From assembly GCA_051531975.1 (NCBI GenBank), contig JAOPTT010000020.1, positions 32,001 through 96,000 on the forward strand: a DNA stretch of 64,000 bases. The letters are read 5' to 3'. Positions 18,839 to 29,406 of the stretch are shown here, piece by piece (the stretch's first letter is position 1; each line of letters starts with the position of its first letter). This DNA is from Spirochaetaceae bacterium. GTDB lineage: Bacteria; Spirochaetota; Spirochaetia; DSM-2461. A model generated the notes under the pieces. That model had not been told where the DNA came from and did no database searches. It worked only from the letters and a program-made list of their open reading frames with translations. The position numbers were made by a program, and so were the translations under genes.

Positions 18839-20509
18839 ATGAAAAAATTATTAGTAGTTTTGCTGGTTTTTGCAATTTCAATCGCTTCGTTATCAGCTGG
18901 TGGTAACAATGAAGCAAAAGATGGAGCTGTATTGGAAGATACCGCGTCCAATGTTAACCCTCCAGGTGTCTTTCCAATAGTTAAAGAGCCTATACAGGTA
19001 AAAATGTATATAACTCCAAGCGCTAAAGTAATCGATATCGAGACTAATGAGGCTCTTAAATATATTGAAGAATTAACAGGAATAGATTTAGTATTAACTG
19101 TTGGTCCTGAACAAGCAAAGGAGAAGATTAACCTTATGTTAGCTTCTCAAACTGACCTTCCTGAAGTATTTTTAACATATGAAGGAATCTCTATGGAGCA
19201 GGTGTCTATAAATGGTGAATATGGTGTATTTGAACCTATTGATCATCTATTGGAAAAATGGGCACCAAATACTATGAGAGCATTTGAATATCAGCCAGAT
19301 ATCAGAAGACAGATTACTGCACCTGATGGCCATATCTACAGCTTTTCTAACTATTCAGAAGGTCAACATGTTATGCATAGTCAAAAGATGTGGGTAAATC
19401 AAAAATGGCTTGAAAGAGTTGGACTTGAAGAACCTACAAATCTTAAAGAATTCAAAAATATGTTAGTTGCTTTTAAAGAAAAGGATGCAAATGGAAACGG
19501 AGATCCTACCGATGAGATTCCACTTGGTTCTATTGCGGATAATACATGGAGAGCAGACATATTTGGTTTCTTAATGAACCCATTTGTTCCAACAATCGAT
19601 TTTAAAGAGGCATATCTATATAATGATAAAGGAACAATTAAAAACTCTGTACAACAGGCAGGTTGGAAAGATGGTTTATATTATATGAAAGATCTTTATG
19701 ACGAAGGTCTGCTTGATCAGGAAGCTTTTGTATTAACTAAACCTCAAATGAAAGCTTTAGTTATGAATCCTGAAGGTGTAATGGTTGGAGCAATTCCTGC
19801 TGGAGCTCCAGGACCTTTTATTAATTCTGCTCTACCTGGACCTAGGGATGAATACAATGCTATTGCTCCACTAACTCAGGTTAACGGTGACAGACCAAGA
19901 ACACCATACTTTAAACCAAAAGCACTTCCTAGATTTGTTATAACTTCTGAAGCTAAAAACTTAGAGGCGATTGTTAGACTTGGGGATCTATTAATGATCG
20001 ACCCATTTAGTGGTAAGCCAGGTGATTTAGAGATGGGACTTAATGTTTGGTACGGACCTAATGGTTGGACAAAGCCTGCTGATGGTGTTAAAGGTAATAA
20101 TGGAAGTCAAGCTCTATACGAGTGGGCATTTAGTTTTAATGATCCAACTAACCTGAACTTTGCTAACCTTCCTGGACTTTTTTCTCAAAAACTTAAAAAA
20201 GGTTCAATGGTTGCTAAAAAAGGATTTGATTTAGAGACTCTATTATGGAATGTAACTGAAGAGAAGTACGAACCATATAGTGACCCTGTATTTGTACCAC
20301 CAGTAATTATTAACAATGATGATGTTTCTGAAGCTGGAGAGATCAAACAGATCTTAATGGACTACATGAAAGAGAATAATGCTAAATTTGTTATGGGTAT
20401 TAGAGATCTTGATACTGAGTGGGATACTTACCAGGAAGAGTTAATAACTTTAGGACTAAACCGTTATGTTGGTATGGTTCAAACTGCATATAACAGACAG
20501 TACAAATAA
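18839..20509 (+). CDS. Oligosaccharide ABC transporter solute-binding protein (LplA-like)
   Basis: Signal peptide ending SLSAGGNNE; DANGNGDPTDEIP motif; ~550 aa. Confidence 0.9.
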   Translation: MKKLLVVLLVFAISIASLSAGGNNEAKDGAVLEDTASNVNPPGVFPIVKEPIQVKMYITPSAKVIDIETNEALKYIEELTGIDLVLTVGPEQAKEKINLMLASQTDLPEVFLTYEGISMEQVSINGEYGVFEPIDHLLEKWAPNTMRAFEYQPDIRRQITAPDGHIYSFSNYSEGQHVMHSQKMWVNQKWLERVGLEEPTNLKEFKNMLVAFKEKDANGNGDPTDEIPLGSIADNTWRADIFGFLMNPFVPTIDFKEAYLYNDKGTIKNSVQQAGWKDGLYYMKDLYDEGLLDQEAFVLTKPQMKALVMNPEGVMVGAIPAGAPGPFINSALPGPRDEYNAIAPLTQVNGDRPRTPYFKPKALPRFVITSEAKNLEAIVRLGDLLMIDPFSGKPGDLEMGLNVWYGPNGWTKPADGVKGNNGSQALYEWAFSFNDPTNLNFANLPGLFSQKLKKGSMVAKKGFDLETLLWNVTEEKYEPYSDPVFVPPVIINNDDVSEAGEIKQILMDYMKENNAKFVMGIRDLDTEWDTYQEELITLGLNRYVGMVQTAYNRQYK

Positions 20510-20534
20510 TACTTAAAAATAATTAAGTAACAGT

Positions 20535-20565
20535 AAGGAGTTGCTTTTTTGCAGCTCCTTTTTTT
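20535..20565 (+). terminator. Intrinsic terminator/attenuating stem-loop after the SBP gene
   Basis: AAGGAGTTGC-T6-GCAGCTCCTT followed by a T tract. Confidence 0.75.
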
Positions 20566-20576
20566 ATGGAGAAAAA

Positions 20577-22613
20577 ATGCAAGAATTACGATTTAGACAA
20601 ATTCACCTGGACTTTCATACAAGTCCTCTGATTAAAAATATAGGAGAAAAGTTTGATGCAGACGAGTTTGCTTCTACATTAAAAGAAGCAGCAGTTGATT
20701 CTATTACCTGTTTTGCTAGGTGCCATCATGGTTGGTTATATTATGAATCAAAAAACTTTCCAGAACTTATCCATCCTGAATTAAAAAAGAAGGGATTACT
20801 TGAAGCTCAAATAGAAGCTTGCCACAAAGAGGATATTCGTGTGCCTGTTTATACTACTGTTCAGTGGGATGAGTTACAGACAAAAGAACACCCTGAGTGG
20901 TTAATGCGTAATCCGGATGGCAGTCCAAAACAACATGGTTTTTATGATGCAGGATTTTATAACTTTCTCTGTGTAAATACACCATATGCAGATTTTTTGG
21001 AGGCACATTTAAGGGATATGTTTGATAGTATTCCTAATATAGATGGAATCTTCTTAGATATTGTACAGGAGACCCAGTGTTCCTGTGAGTACTGTAAAGC
21101 TGGGATGATAAAAGATGGTCTTAAACCACACTTAGAGAGTGACCGTAAAATATATGGAAAGAAGGTTATAACAGATTTTAAATATTGGATGACAGATATT
21201 ATCAGATCGATGAACAAAGATTGTTCTATTTTTTATAACTGCCAGGCAGTACAGCAGCACTCAAAAGATGCATATTCCCATATCGAAGTTGAGTCTCTTC
21301 CATCAGGAGAGTGGGGTTATGATCACTTTGCATTTGAATCCAGATATGTTCGAAATTTAGGCCTTGATGTTTTAGGTCAGACAGGAAAATTCCATACAGC
21401 ATGGGGTGATTTCCACTCTTTTAAAAGTAAAGAAGCTTTAGAGTATGAATGTTTTAGAATGTTAACACTTAATACTAAATGTATGATAGGAGATCAACTA
21501 GAACCTAATGGTAGACTTTCTACAGATGCATACAAACTTATAGGCAGTGTATATAACAGAATTAAAGGGAAAGAAGAGTGGTGTTCATCTGCTTCTGCTC
21601 TATGTGATACTGCAGTTTTTGATCCAAGGGAATTTTATAAACCCTGTGACTTTAAACACCCTGAATCTCTTTTAGGTGTTATGAAAATGCTTGAGCAGAT
21701 GGGTAATCAATTTGACATTATAGATTCTTCTATGGATTTTTCTAAATATAAACTACTAATCTTACCAGACGTTATCCCAGTGGAGGGTGACTTTTCAGAA
21801 AAAATTGAAAATTACCTAAACAGTGGTGGCAGCTTAATTTTATCATATATGTCTGGATTCAAACCGGATAAATCTACAATCGGCTTTGATAAAATGCCTG
21901 TTACAAAACAGATAAAACAGGTTGTGGATTTAAATGGGGATGAGATACATGGAAAATTTGAACTAAGACGAAACTCTATGGCTAACTATATTATTCCTGA
22001 AGGGGATATAGGTGTAGATTTGCCTAATACTGAACATACAATGTATAGTAAAAACCTTGATGTAACTCCAGTTAAAGGTAGCTCTGTATTGGTAAATGCT
22101 ATTGCTCCTGAGTTTTATAGAGACTATATGCATTTTTGTTCCCACAGACAGGCTCCTTCCTCAGGTATTATAGAAGGCCCAGCCATTGTTGGAAATAAAA
22201 ATGTAATCTATTATGCCCATAATATATTTAAGATGTATCAGTTAATAGCCCCGGGTTGGGTAAAAACTCTATTTAGAAATAGTGTAAATATGTTATTAAA
22301 TCCAATGCTTAAACATGATGGTCCATCTACACTATTAACAGCAATAAATAGACAGGAAGATAAAAAAAGGGATGTATTACATCTATTGCACTATATTCCT
22401 AAAAGAGTTTGTAAAACAATGGATATTATTGAAGATGTTATTCCTTATCATAATTTAAACCTATCAATTAAAACTGATAAAAGCATAGAAAAAGTAACAC
22501 TGGTTCCTGAAGGTATAGAGTTGAACTTTATTACATTTGAAGGTCGTACAAATTTTGAAGTCGAGAAACTAGAAGGCCACCAGATGGTTGAGTTAACATG
22601 GAAGGGTATATAA
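20577..22613 (+). CDS. GH151-like alpha-L-fucosidase (GHL6 domain + GH42-type trimerisation domain)
   Basis: RFRQIHLDFHTS, FARCHHGWLYY, DGIFLD, HIEVESLPSGEWGY, GKFHTAWGDF; start moved to ATG 20577 (GGAG RBS). Confidence 0.82.
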   Translation: MQELRFRQIHLDFHTSPLIKNIGEKFDADEFASTLKEAAVDSITCFARCHHGWLYYESKNFPELIHPELKKKGLLEAQIEACHKEDIRVPVYTTVQWDELQTKEHPEWLMRNPDGSPKQHGFYDAGFYNFLCVNTPYADFLEAHLRDMFDSIPNIDGIFLDIVQETQCSCEYCKAGMIKDGLKPHLESDRKIYGKKVITDFKYWMTDIIRSMNKDCSIFYNCQAVQQHSKDAYSHIEVESLPSGEWGYDHFAFESRYVRNLGLDVLGQTGKFHTAWGDFHSFKSKEALEYECFRMLTLNTKCMIGDQLEPNGRLSTDAYKLIGSVYNRIKGKEEWCSSASALCDTAVFDPREFYKPCDFKHPESLLGVMKMLEQMGNQFDIIDSSMDFSKYKLLILPDVIPVEGDFSEKIENYLNSGGSLILSYMSGFKPDKSTIGFDKMPVTKQIKQVVDLNGDEIHGKFELRRNSMANYIIPEGDIGVDLPNTEHTMYSKNLDVTPVKGSSVLVNAIAPEFYRDYMHFCSHRQAPSSGIIEGPAIVGNKNVIYYAHNIFKMYQLIAPGWVKTLFRNSVNMLLNPMLKHDGPSTLLTAINRQEDKKRDVLHLLHYIPKRVCKTMDIIEDVIPYHNLNLSIKTDKSIEKVTLVPEGIELNFITFEGRTNFEVEKLEGHQMVELTWKGI

Positions 22614-24184
22614 TGAAAAGACCAAATATTTTATATATTATGTCCGATGATCATGCAGCTAATGCTATTAGTGCTTATGGGTCAAGATTAGCTAACCAGG
22701 CACCAACACCAAATATTGATAGAATTGCAGACAGTGGAATACGTATGGATAACTGTTTTTGCACAAATGCTATATGTACCCCAAGTAGAGCTGTTGTTTT
22801 AACAGGTCAACATAGCCATGTTAATGGAGTTAAAACACTATCAGATCCATTAGATGAAAAATCAACACTACTATCAGAACTTCTGAAAAACAGTGGATAT
22901 AAAACAGCACTTTTTGGAAAATGGCATCTACATGCTGAACCTAGAGGATTTGATGATTGGGCTGTACTTCCTGGGCAGGGTGAATATAATGATCCATCGT
23001 TTATTATTCGGGAAAACAGCGAAGCTCCAGCAATTCTTGATGTTATAACTAATAAGGATTCTACTTATACAGATGAGTGGACTAAAGATTATGACTGGGG
23101 GAAACATATTAAGGCAAAAGGCTATGTAACAGACGTTATTACAGACCTTACCTTGGATTGGCTTGAAGAGCAAAACAGTGAGAAACCTTTTTTCCTATGT
23201 TGTCATCACAAGGCTCCCCACGACTTCTTTGAGTATAAGAGAGTACACGAAGATATATACAAAGATACAAGCTTTAATGAACCTTCTACGCTTTTTGAAG
23301 ATGAGAAGACCAGGGAAGAGATATCCAGAAAATATGGAACAACTGTTTCAGAGCGTTGGGAACCGAGGAATATGGTTAAACACCTCTCTGATCCTAACTA
23401 TCCAAATGGTGGTGCTATAGATTTTAGTGGTAAAACTGCAGAAGAGAAAACTAAAATTGCATACCAGAAATATATTCAGGATTATCTTAGAACTGTTCAC
23501 GCTATAGACCAGAATGTAGGGCGTATTCTTGACTATCTAGAAAATAGTGGTCAGATGGAAAATACCATAGTTATATATACCAGTGACCAGGGGATGATGT
23601 TAGGTGAACATGACCACATAGATAAAAGATGGATATTTGATGAATCACAACAGATGCCACTTTTAATCAGCTACCCTAATGGTATTAAAAAGGGAATAAC
23701 TTCTGATGACGTAGTAGATAATGTGGATTTTGCACCCACTCTGTTAGATTATGCAGGTATAAACAGACCAAACTACATGCAGGGTAGAAGTTTTAAATCT
23801 GTTCTGGAACAAGAGACTCCAAAAGGGTGGAGACAGAGTGTCTATTACAGGTATTGGATGCATATGGCCCACCATTGGGTACCAGCTCATTTTGGTATAA
23901 GAACTCAGGAATGGAAACTGATATTTTTCTATGGGAAACGGCTAGATGCCTCAGGTTGTGAACAACCTGACTGCCTAGTTGATACCCCACCGGGCTTTGA
24001 GTTATACGATGTGAAAAATGATCCTGAAGAGAAGGTTAATCTTGTTAGTGATACTAATTATTCAGATGTTTTAAGTAAAATGAAGTCCGAGTTAATGTCA
24101 CTAAAAAAAGAGGTCGGAGATAGCGATTCTGCATATCCTGAAATGATGGAAATGCAAAATAAATATTTTAATGATTCTTACTAA
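22613..24184 (+). CDS. S1 sulfatase (N-acetylglucosamine-6-sulfatase-like, possibly S1_11)
   Basis: PNILYIMSDDH, CTPSR, GKWHL, HHKAPH, TSDQG; ATG overlaps the upstream stop (TAATG). Confidence 0.92.
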   Translation: MKRPNILYIMSDDHAANAISAYGSRLANQAPTPNIDRIADSGIRMDNCFCTNAICTPSRAVVLTGQHSHVNGVKTLSDPLDEKSTLLSELLKNSGYKTALFGKWHLHAEPRGFDDWAVLPGQGEYNDPSFIIRENSEAPAILDVITNKDSTYTDEWTKDYDWGKHIKAKGYVTDVITDLTLDWLEEQNSEKPFFLCCHHKAPHDFFEYKRVHEDIYKDTSFNEPSTLFEDEKTREEISRKYGTTVSERWEPRNMVKHLSDPNYPNGGAIDFSGKTAEEKTKIAYQKYIQDYLRTVHAIDQNVGRILDYLENSGQMENTIVIYTSDQGMMLGEHDHIDKRWIFDESQQMPLLISYPNGIKKGITSDDVVDNVDFAPTLLDYAGINRPNYMQGRSFKSVLEQETPKGWRQSVYYRYWMHMAHHWVPAHFGIRTQEWKLIFFYGKRLDASGCEQPDCLVDTPPGFELYDVKNDPEEKVNLVSDTNYSDVLSKMKSELMSLKKEVGDSDSAYPEMMEMQNKYFNDSY

Positions 24185-24200
24185 TTGAAAGGAGTTCAAT

Positions 24201-25244
24201 GTGAGTGTAATACCAGAATATCTTAAAGAATTTAAAGATCTCTATAATAACGTAGGTCCCAGAGATGCTAATAAAGAGTGGTTTAAAAGTGCAGATTATG
24301 GTCTGTTTATTCATTATGGTCTCTATTCAATGTTAGGACGACACGAATGGGTTCAGCTATTTGAAACTATTCCAGTGGACCAATATGAAAAACTAATAAA
24401 TGATTTTACTGCTGAAAAATTTGATGTTCAGGAAATAGTTAAATTTGCAAAATCATGTGGAATGAAATATATAAACATCACTACAAGACACCATGACAGT
24501 TTTTGTCTATGGGATACAAAGTATACAGAGTTTAAATCTACAAATTCTCCAGCAAAAAGAGATCTTGTAAAAGAGCTCTACGACGAGTGTGAAAAAGAGG
24601 GAATTGCACTGTTTTTATATTACTCCCATGGAAGGGACTGGAAACACCCCCATGCTCCAAACAACGATGATTGGGGTGGTAAAGCACGTCCTCTCTATGA
24701 ACCATTAGAGTCTACATATAAATATGGTGATGAACATGATCTAAACATCTACCTAAATTTTATGAAGAATCAGGTTACTGAATTATTAACAATGTTTCCC
24801 AATGTTTCCGGAATATGGCTTGATGGTATTGCAGTTCCTGCAAGTGGAGATTTTGCTAAGTTTAAGTGCCAGGAGTTATATGATCTTATACATAAAGTAA
24901 GTCCCCACGCCCTTGTATCCTATAAACAAGGGTTGTTAGGTACAGAGGACTATTTCACCCCAGAGCATTATGTCCCAGATAATAGTGATGATAGACAGGG
25001 TAAAATAAATTCAATGAGTAAAAAAATTGAAGTTTGTTCCACAATGATTCAAAATCCTGTCTCTTGGGGTTGGCAACCAGAATCAGAACATAGATCTGTG
25101 GAAAATGTTTTGTCTCTACTATCAAGTACTAAATCTATAGGAGCCAATCTTTTATTAAACTCAGGGCCGTGTCCTGATGGTTCTCTTGATCCGGTAGATG
25201 TGGAAATACTTTTAGAGGTGGGGCAAAAACTCTCTTCTAATTAG
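24201..25244 (+). CDS. GH29 alpha-L-fucosidase, catalytic domain only
   Basis: YGLFIHYGLYS, TTRHHDSFCLWDT, IWLDG nucleophile, NLLLNSGP. Confidence 0.9.
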   Translation: MSVIPEYLKEFKDLYNNVGPRDANKEWFKSADYGLFIHYGLYSMLGRHEWVQLFETIPVDQYEKLINDFTAEKFDVQEIVKFAKSCGMKYINITTRHHDSFCLWDTKYTEFKSTNSPAKRDLVKELYDECEKEGIALFLYYSHGRDWKHPHAPNNDDWGGKARPLYEPLESTYKYGDEHDLNIYLNFMKNQVTELLTMFPNVSGIWLDGIAVPASGDFAKFKCQELYDLIHKVSPHALVSYKQGLLGTEDYFTPEHYVPDNSDDRQGKINSMSKKIEVCSTMIQNPVSWGWQPESEHRSVENVLSLLSSTKSIGANLLLNSGPCPDGSLDPVDVEILLEVGQKLSSN

Positions 25245-25262
25245 TCTTTTAACATATAATAC

Positions 25263-25290
25263 AGCAGCCTAGATGCAACATATGGCTGCT
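25263..25290 (+). terminator. Stem-loop at the end of the ABC-GH151-sulfatase-GH29 operon
   Basis: AGCAGCC (25263-25269)/GGCTGCT (25284-25290); long loop, weak T tract. Confidence 0.4.
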
Positions 25291-25351
25291 CATATTTTTC
25301 TTGCAATTTTATAACAAATAATTGATATTTGATATATAAGGAAAAAATAAT

Positions 25352-26104
25352 ATGCAAAAGCCAAAAATTCTAATATTACCTCTGTTATATATATTTTTTA
25401 TAACTCCTTCATATTCTGAGGAGCAACAACTTTTTAAATTCACAGGAGGCGCTCCTCTTGATTCATATCAATCAATTACTATAATACCTATTTTGAAAGA
25501 GGTGTTTAAAAAAATGAATAAAAAAGTAACTTTTAAATACAATCCAAGCCTCAGGTCTTTAAAATTATCAAATTCAGGAGAGTATGATGGGGAGTTACAT
25601 AGAGTTTATGATTTTCACGAAATTACGAACAAGAAATATTCAAATTTGATACGTATTGATACATATATGATGTCCATTCATCTTTCGTATTTCACTACAA
25701 TTAAGGGACTGAATATTAAAAATAGAGAGGATTTGGCACAGTATAAAGTTGCTTATTACCGTGGTAGAAAAAATGTGGATAACTTGCTAAAAGGTTTTCT
25801 CCCGCCGAGTCAGATTTTTTTAACTAATAATGATGATATTGCATTTAAGATGTTATCCACTGGAAGAGTGGATATTGTTATTGCAGAGGATGTTGAAGGA
25901 TTATTCTTAATTAAAAAAGAATTAAGTTATTCAAATATATATAAACTTAAAAATATTAAAGAGACCAAGATTTATACTTATTTAAATAAAAAGCATAGTT
26001 CTCTGCTTCCTCTAATAAATAAAACTCTTACTGATATGAAAGAAGATGGATCATATCAGAGTATCTTAGAAGAATCCCAGTTGGAATATTTTAACCGTTT
26101 ATAA
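25352..26104 (+). CDS. Orphan family-3 (amino-acid-type) periplasmic solute-binding protein
   Basis: Signal peptide; RSLKLSNSGEYDGEL, MLSTGRVDIVIA, MKEDGSYQSI. Confidence 0.8.
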   Translation: MQKPKILILPLLYIFFITPSYSEEQQLFKFTGGAPLDSYQSITIIPILKEVFKKMNKKVTFKYNPSLRSLKLSNSGEYDGELHRVYDFHEITNKKYSNLIRIDTYMMSIHLSYFTTIKGLNIKNREDLAQYKVAYYRGRKNVDNLLKGFLPPSQIFLTNNDDIAFKMLSTGRVDIVIAEDVEGLFLIKKELSYSNIYKLKNIKETKIYTYLNKKHSSLLPLINKTLTDMKEDGSYQSILEESQLEYFNRL

Positions 26105-26111
26105 ATTTAAA

Positions 26112-27431
26112 TTATAACTTAATATGTCTTTCTAGTTTTTCGACTATCTCAGGAAATGTATCCTTAATATTTGTAGTTTCATCTGGGTTAGATTTAATAT
26201 CAAATAGATATAACTCCTTATTCTTGTCGTGTATAAGTTTATACCTCCCATCAAAAGCGAGCTTCCAATTAAATGATTTACCTTTTTTACTGAAATTAAG
26301 AGCTGATGTTACAACATTCCTAGGAATATAAAATCCACCCTCAAATTGTTGTTTTAAAGAGCAACTATCCATTTGCGTTGGAACCTCAAGGCAGGCATAG
26401 TCAAGAAAAGTTGCGGCTAAATCCATTGTAGTTACAACTCCATCATAGGCTTCAGATTTTAATACACCAGGACCAGAGACTATTAAGGGTACAGCTACAG
26501 AACCGTGAAAAGGTTGACATTTTCCCCATAAATCGTGATCTCCAAGCATATCGCCATGGTCTGATGAAAATACTATAAGCGTGTTTTCCAATAACCCACT
26601 CTCTTTAAGATAATCTAAATATTTACCTATTTGATTGTCTATGTTTTCTATCATAGCGGCATAATTTCTTCTAATATTAAGATGTATTGATTCATCATAT
26701 TCAGTAGAGTTTATAGGCATTGGAAATTTTTGGTCTTTATATAGTTTTGACATGGACTTGGTAATATCCCATGGGGTATGGGGCCCAGTAAAGTTTACCT
26801 GTAAAAACCACGGTTTATTAGCTGGTGTTTCTTTTATTAGATTCAGCCCATTCTCCGCTAACCAGTTATCACAATAAAAATCGTCCTTTAGAGGTGTTGG
26901 AAAAGTTGACAGGTTGACTCCATCAGTTATTCTCTTTGACATATCATCTATATGGTTAGACATTACTTTGTTATCTTTTAGATGTGAAATATAAGGGCCA
27001 AAATATCCATTTCTTGAACTTGTTATACTATCAATCTTACCTTCATTATCCACACCATCACTGAATCCCCACTCGTTTAGGAGATGTTTTCCATCGACTC
27101 CCCAGTTAAAATCAGGCTTATGTAGGTCAAATTTCCCACACCCTAAAACCTGGTAATCTGCTTTATCTCTTAGTAGTTTATAAAATGTTTCCTGCTGCAA
27201 AGGGTAGTTTTCTGCATTGGATCTGACACCACAATTTTTATACTCTCTGCCAGATGCTAATGAAGCCCTACTTGGCGCACAAAGTGGCGAAGGGCAGATA
27301 GCTGAGTTAAATACAATACCATTTTGAGAAAGATAGTCCAGGTTAGGTGTTTTTAATGGTAGCTTTTTATTGCTGCCAAGCCAGTCCCACCTCCACTGAT
27401 CTGGGAAAAAAAATAGAATATTAGGTTTCAT
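26112..27431 (-). CDS. S1 sulfatase
   Basis: PNILFFFPDQWR, CAPSR, GKFDLH, SSDHGDMLGDH. Confidence 0.92.
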   Translation of the reverse strand: MKPNILFFFPDQWRWDWLGSNKKLPLKTPNLDYLSQNGIVFNSAICPSPLCAPSRASLASGREYKNCGVRSNAENYPLQQETFYKLLRDKADYQVLGCGKFDLHKPDFNWGVDGKHLLNEWGFSDGVDNEGKIDSITSSRNGYFGPYISHLKDNKVMSNHIDDMSKRITDGVNLSTFPTPLKDDFYCDNWLAENGLNLIKETPANKPWFLQVNFTGPHTPWDITKSMSKLYKDQKFPMPINSTEYDESIHLNIRRNYAAMIENIDNQIGKYLDYLKESGLLENTLIVFSSDHGDMLGDHDLWGKCQPFHGSVAVPLIVSGPGVLKSEAYDGVVTTMDLAATFLDYACLEVPTQMDSCSLKQQFEGGFYIPRNVVTSALNFSKKGKSFNWKLAFDGRYKLIHDKNKELYLFDIKSNPDETTNIKDTFPEIVEKLERHIKL

Positions 27432-29226
27432 GTTGTCTCCTTAAAATTATAGATTGAATTGTTAGTCCATTCATCGACTCTTTAGCATAGGATTTCCTGT
27501 GGTTTGTCCAATCCTTATTAAGACACCAGGGCCCAGCATGGGGGCTCTTAATATCTTTTTCTGTCCAGATACCACTCTGTTTTATCGATTGTGAATCTTT
27601 TTTTATTAATATCTCTTTAATACCTGGCTCTTTAAAAATTAATAATCCTAGAGATATTGATTTAATTTTCAACTGCTTTTTTTTATGGTTTATCTCATTA
27701 CCATCACTAAATCCTTCTAGGAAACCAGAACTTTGACCAGTTAATAATAGTTTTAATGATTTGTCTCCAACCTGTATAACAATAGGCATCTCTAGCATAT
27801 CCAAAGAGTATTTTATTTCAATTTTAAAATTTTCACTATTTTTGATGTAAAAAGACCATTTCTTCTCTATATCTGGGATGTTAGTATTATACTGAAGGTT
27901 GTTATAATTACCCTGGGATATCTCATTTTCTCTAGTTAATTCGATTTTGTTATCTATCTCTATAGCAATATTTTTTTTAACAACAAGTTTAGAATCTAAC
28001 TGACACTTTATTACGGTTACATAGGGTTCCGGGGAGAAGTCAAAAAGATCAATTAAAATTCTATTGTTATGTGTTTTCCATTTTATCTCATTACCACCTG
28101 TCATGAAACTTATTTTCTTTGGTAGATTATTTATTTCAGGCAGGAGAATTTTATTATCTTTTGGCCATTTAGATACCATTAAATATAAGGTTTCATTAAT
28201 CCATGTTGCATAACCCCAGGTAAGGTAGTTAAAAGGGTTATTATTAACATTAAAAATCGAATCCCTGTTTATTTTTACCCATTCTCCTATTTTTGAAAGA
28301 ACCTGTTTTTCATAGTTCAAAATAGATCCATCAGCCTTGGGTCCTATATTAAGTAGATAATTCCCACCAGAGGATGTAACTCTACAAAGTAGATCAATCT
28401 GTTTTCTTAGCTGTGTCTCGATATTTGGTCTATCTATCCAGGACTTATAACCCCATGAGTGATAAAAAGTACAAGGTGTCTCACAACCCTGATTTATAGG
28501 ATTTTCTGGAAGGTGGTTATCTGGCAGGGTTAAAAAGTCCCCTTGGTTGTTCATTACCCTTCCACTAACAAGACAGTCTGGCTGCTGTTTATGGACTGTT
28601 TCTGACAGTTTAATACTATCCTCAACTGTAGGTAGTCCCATATCAAAAAATACTTCGTTTATTGCACCATAGTTATTTAACAATTCCCTTAGCTGTTTTA
28701 TAGATAGGTCTAGGTGATCTTTTGTGAATTCCTCAAAAACTGCATATTTGGTTTCTGGTTCTCTGGTAACCGCGGTATTTGAGTTCCAGTCCGGATTTGA
28801 AAAGTATATTCCAAGTTTAATATTGGATTCTAAACAGGCTTCTGATAGCTCTTTTAATATATCTTTTTTATACGGAGCCAGATCCACAACGTTAAAATCT
28901 GTTGTATCGGTTTTAAACAGACAAAATCCGTCGTGATGTTTAACTGTTAGGACAATATATTTCATTCCAGCATCTATAGCAGTTTTTACTATATTGGGGG
29001 CATTAAACTTTACTGGATTAAAATCTTTAGTCAGGTTTTGGTATACTTCTCTTTTTATGCTGGCATGTCGCTGTATCTGCTCACCTAATCGCGGGATCTT
29101 TTTTCCATTCCATATTCCTGCTGGTATTGAATAAAGTCCCCAGTGAATAAAAAGTCCAAACTTCAGAGATGACCATTTATTAAGTGCTTTAATATTTATT
29201 GTATGTTTTCTCTTTGGTATATCCAT
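27421..29226 (-). CDS. GH29 alpha-L-fucosidase with C-terminal beta-sandwich/CBM-like extension
   Basis: KFGLFIHWGLYS, VKHHDGFCLF, FFDMG nucleophile region, GGNYLLNIGP. Confidence 0.9.
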   Translation of the reverse strand: MDIPKRKHTINIKALNKWSSLKFGLFIHWGLYSIPAGIWNGKKIPRLGEQIQRHASIKREVYQNLTKDFNPVKFNAPNIVKTAIDAGMKYIVLTVKHHDGFCLFKTDTTDFNVVDLAPYKKDILKELSEACLESNIKLGIYFSNPDWNSNTAVTREPETKYAVFEEFTKDHLDLSIKQLRELLNNYGAINEVFFDMGLPTVEDSIKLSETVHKQQPDCLVSGRVMNNQGDFLTLPDNHLPENPINQGCETPCTFYHSWGYKSWIDRPNIETQLRKQIDLLCRVTSSGGNYLLNIGPKADGSILNYEKQVLSKIGEWVKINRDSIFNVNNNPFNYLTWGYATWINETLYLMVSKWPKDNKILLPEINNLPKKISFMTGGNEIKWKTHNNRILIDLFDFSPEPYVTVIKCQLDSKLVVKKNIAIEIDNKIELTRENEISQGNYNNLQYNTNIPDIEKKWSFYIKNSENFKIEIKYSLDMLEMPIVIQVGDKSLKLLLTGQSSGFLEGFSDGNEINHKKKQLKIKSISLGLLIFKEPGIKEILIKKDSQSIKQSGIWTEKDIKSPHAGPWCLNKDWTNHRKSYAKESMNGLTIQSIILRRQHET

Positions 29227-29287
29227 ATTTTAAATAATCATATCTTGAATTAAATAATCAATGCTTTCTATAAAATTTCATTGTCAG

Positions 29288-29323
29288 GTGGATTATTTCA
29301 CTATGGAATATAGAAATATTCAT
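29288..29323. promoter_or_regulatory. Divergently oriented copies of the GAAATAATCCA motif in the GH29/sulfatase divergent promoter
   Basis: GTGGATTATTTC (29288-29299; reverse complement GAAATAATCCAC) and the weaker TAGAAATATTCAT (29311-29323). Confidence 0.55.
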
Positions 29324-29406
29324 GGTGTATATAAATTGTAAACTTGAACAGAAAGTTCACATTGTTAATAATAAAAAGAGTAGATATTTATAATAGGAGA
29401 AGTTAA

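Noticed and set aside
20541..20576. TTG start for the GH151 gene given by the ORF track
   Set aside because: Falls inside the terminator hairpin; ATG 20577 has an RBS and matches the family N-terminus
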